In this document: positions 62,408 through 64,000 of the stretch, piece after piece
How positions within the stretch are numbered: the first letter of the stretch is position 1
Layout of the letters: every line of letters begins with the position of its first letter
Origin: Burkholderiales bacterium
GTDB taxonomy: Bacteria > Pseudomonadota > Gammaproteobacteria > Burkholderiales > SG8-39
NCBI GenBank assembly: GCA_035273665.1
Contig: DATEOW010000038.1
Span: 324-64,323 of the forward strand
Length of the DNA: 64,000 bases
Reading direction: 5' to 3'
The notes under the pieces: generated by a model
Database searches by the model: none
Told to the model about the DNA's origin: nothing
What the model saw: the letters and a program-made list of their open reading frames with translations, nothing else
Position numbers and translations under genes: made by a program

Positions 62408-63166
62408 TCAGGTCGGAAGATTGCGCGGCTTTCGCGGTGCTTGTGCAAACAGGCGATCGTACAAAACACGGGGCATGCAGCGTAGCAGCGCGGCAATGCA
62501 GCCCATCTGCCAAGGCACGACGGCATAGGCGCTGCCGCGGTCAATAACCCGGGCGATGCGGCGTGCGGCGGTTTCTGCGCTTAAGAGGAAAGGCATTCGA
62601 TAGCGGTTTACGCGCGTCATGGGTGTGTCGACATAGCCTGGGCAGATCGTCACTGCTTTAAGGCCGCTTCCATAAATCTCCAGTCGGAGGCTCTCCATCC
62701 AGGTGATGACCGCAGATTTTGACGCAGCGTACGCGCTGCTTCCCGCCAATCCGCGCAGGCCCGCGACGCTGGCAATGCTTACGAGCGTGCCGCTACCGCG
62801 GCCACGCATCAAGGCAAGAAAGGGTTGGAAGCTGTTGGCCACACCGCAGACATTCGTGCGCAAGGTGCGCTCGAGGATTGAAAGGTCTTCGGGGAGGAAC
62901 GTATCGACCCCCACAGAAACGCCGGCATTGGCGATGACAATGTCGGGCAGACCATGCACTGCGATATATTCGCGTGCTGTGATTTGCATCGCGGCGGCGT
63001 CTGCGACATCCGTGCGATAGAGGCTCAGGCGCTCGGATTGAAGGCTTAATCTTTCTGGATGCCGCGACACGGCGCCTACCACCGCGCCGCGCGACAAGTA
63101 AAGCTCAGTGAGCGCTGCCCCAAGACCGCTTGAACCGCCGGTGATAAACACCCGCAGCGCAGGCAT
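62408..63166 (-). CDS. SDR family oxidoreductase
   Basis: VFITGGSSGLGAAL and YAASKSA (YxxxK). Confidence 0.85.
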   Translation of the reverse strand: MPALRVFITGGSSGLGAALTELYLSRGAVVGAVSRHPERLSLQSERLSLYRTDVADAAAMQITAREYIAVHGLPDIVIANAGVSVGVDTFLPEDLSILERTLRTNVCGVANSFQPFLALMRGRGSGTLVSIASVAGLRGLAGSSAYAASKSAVITWMESLRLEIYGSGLKAVTICPGYVDTPMTRVNRYRMPFLLSAETAARRIARVIDRGSAYAVVPWQMGCIAALLRCMPRVLYDRLFAQAPRKPRNLPT

Positions 63167-63179
63167 CGCAGCGACCGCT

Positions 63180-63839
63180 TTACTTCTGCGGTGCCGTTTT
63201 TGCCGCGCGATTTTTGCGCGCTTGCTCGATCGCGATATCCACGGCCGCCATCATGTTTTGAGGAGTTTGCGCCTTGGCCATTTCCACGACATAACGCCCA
63301 TCAACCACGATCGTGGGTACACCGCTGGACTGGGATTGGTCAAAGAGCTGTCCTGCTCTTTTCAGTTTGCTTTCTACCGCGAAGGAATTCTCCGCTGCAT
63401 GAAAACGGGCGATATCGACACCTTGCCGGCTCAACCAGTCGTCAACTTGCTGGGTATTGGTTGGACGTAAGCGATCGATCTGTACGGCATCGAAAAAAGC
63501 TTTGTGCAATTTCTGTTGCAAACCAAGGGCATCAAGCGAATAGAAAATCCGAGCCGCGACTTTCCATACATCGTTCGCCGGGGCCGGAATCCTTTTGAAC
63601 TCGACATCTGAGGGCAGCTTGGTCAACCATTCCTGCACATACGGCTCCAGCGCATAGCAATGCGGGCAGCCGTACCAGAAAAACTCCACCACCTCGATCT
63701 TGTTGCCCGAGCCGGTATTGAGCGGCTGGCGAAGTTCGGTATGAATGCTCTCCTGCGCGAACGCAAAGGTACTTGCGAAAAGCAATGCGGTTGCGGCAAG
63801 CAGACGTTTCAACATTCGGTTCTCCTCTTCAGCGCTCAT
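63180..63839 (-). CDS. dsbA: Thiol:disulfide interchange protein DsbA
   Basis: Signal peptide LLAATALLFASTFAFA and active site FFWYGCPHCY. Confidence 0.88.
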   Translation of the reverse strand: MSAEEENRMLKRLLAATALLFASTFAFAQESIHTELRQPLNTGSGNKIEVVEFFWYGCPHCYALEPYVQEWLTKLPSDVEFKRIPAPANDVWKVAARIFYSLDALGLQQKLHKAFFDAVQIDRLRPTNTQQVDDWLSRQGVDIARFHAAENSFAVESKLKRAGQLFDQSQSSGVPTIVVDGRYVVEMAKAQTPQNMMAAVDIAIEQARKNRAAKTAPQK

Positions 63840-63904
63840 GTGGTCGACCTCAGTACAACGGTTGCACCCTAATCGGGTTGACTGCCCGGCCGGTGCAAGT
63901 GTTT

Positions 63905-64000
63905 CTATTCTTTACGCGATTTCACCAGCGAGGCACTAATACCGTTTTGCGACAGCGTTTGGCGTACGTTGTTGATCTCCGCTAGGTCGGTATATGGGCC
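63905..64000 (-). CDS. C-terminal fragment of a SPOR-domain protein (runs off the window)
   Basis: Hand translation of the - strand gives GPYTDLAEINNVRQTLSQNGISASLVKSRKE followed by a stop at 63905-63907. This is a SPOR-like C-terminus, and SPOR genes commonly sit upstream of dsbA. Confidence 0.45.
   Translation of the reverse strand, partial: GPYTDLAEINNVRQTLSQNGISASLVKSRKE

Noticed and set aside
1-64000. CRISPR arrays, IS elements or transposases, integrases, tRNA or rRNA genes, prophage genes
   Set aside because: I saw no periodic direct repeats, no transposase- or integrase-like ORFs and no tRNA-like cloverleaf candidates in the few intergenic regions. A tRNAscan, Rfam or ISfinder run would be needed for certainty.

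Overview
This 64-kb window looks like a proteobacterial chromosome segment. Hand-counted coding samples run about 53-62% G+C. All family names below come from motifs I can read in the translations plus memory of the families; I ran no searches.

Layout:
- Positions 1-47 kb hold an exosortase A (XrtA)/PEP-CTERM-type exopolysaccharide (EPS) locus.
- 16-20354 (+) is a 17-gene, translationally coupled operon. It runs wecB, polysaccharide deacetylase, FemAB-like protein, glycosyltransferases, xrtA with a fused EpsI domain, AsnB-type amidotransferase, PaaK/CapK-like ligase, Wzx-like flippase, O-antigen-ligase-like protein, two methyltransferases and a second deacetylase.
- 20351-27246 (-) is a convergent six-gene decoration operon: formyltransferase, GT4, AsnB, two CelD/FemAB-like acyltransferases and a TPR protein.
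- 27.2-36.9 kb is an accessory block. It encodes a beta-helix protein, a membrane protein with three tandem VanZ-like modules, a Tat-signal propeller-like protein, and a four-gene module described below.
- 36.9-47.1 kb holds an EpsB-type priming sugar transferase, the PrsK/PrsR/PrsT regulators (PrsR is sigma54-dependent), and a TviB/TviC-like UDP-sugar dehydrogenase/epimerase pair.
- 47-64 kb is mostly housekeeping: Sel1-SLT transglycosylase, S1 protease, an Mla/MCE-type ABC system with a STAS-fused permease, a CDF transporter, SDRs, a mutarotase, yaiI/ychJ-like genes, ettA, a REC-GGDEF protein, a rhomboid, HMG-CoA lyase, dsbA and a partial SPOR-domain gene.

I recognised no rRNA, tRNA, CRISPR array or transposase.

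Most interesting:
- A four-gene module at 33358-36289 encodes a Tat-signal Gly/His-rich protein, a PqqD-like peptide-binding protein, an HPr-kinase-like P-loop kinase and an NTP_transf_5 nucleotidyltransferase. As far as I know it is functionally uncharacterised.
- I read three sigma54-type promoters (GG-N10-GC with TTGC -12 elements). One sits in front of this module, one in front of the divergent Tat-signal gene, and one at the head of a 648-bp low-G+C non-coding leader before the priming transferase and prsKRT genes.
- No PEP-CTERM substrate gene is visible anywhere in the window.
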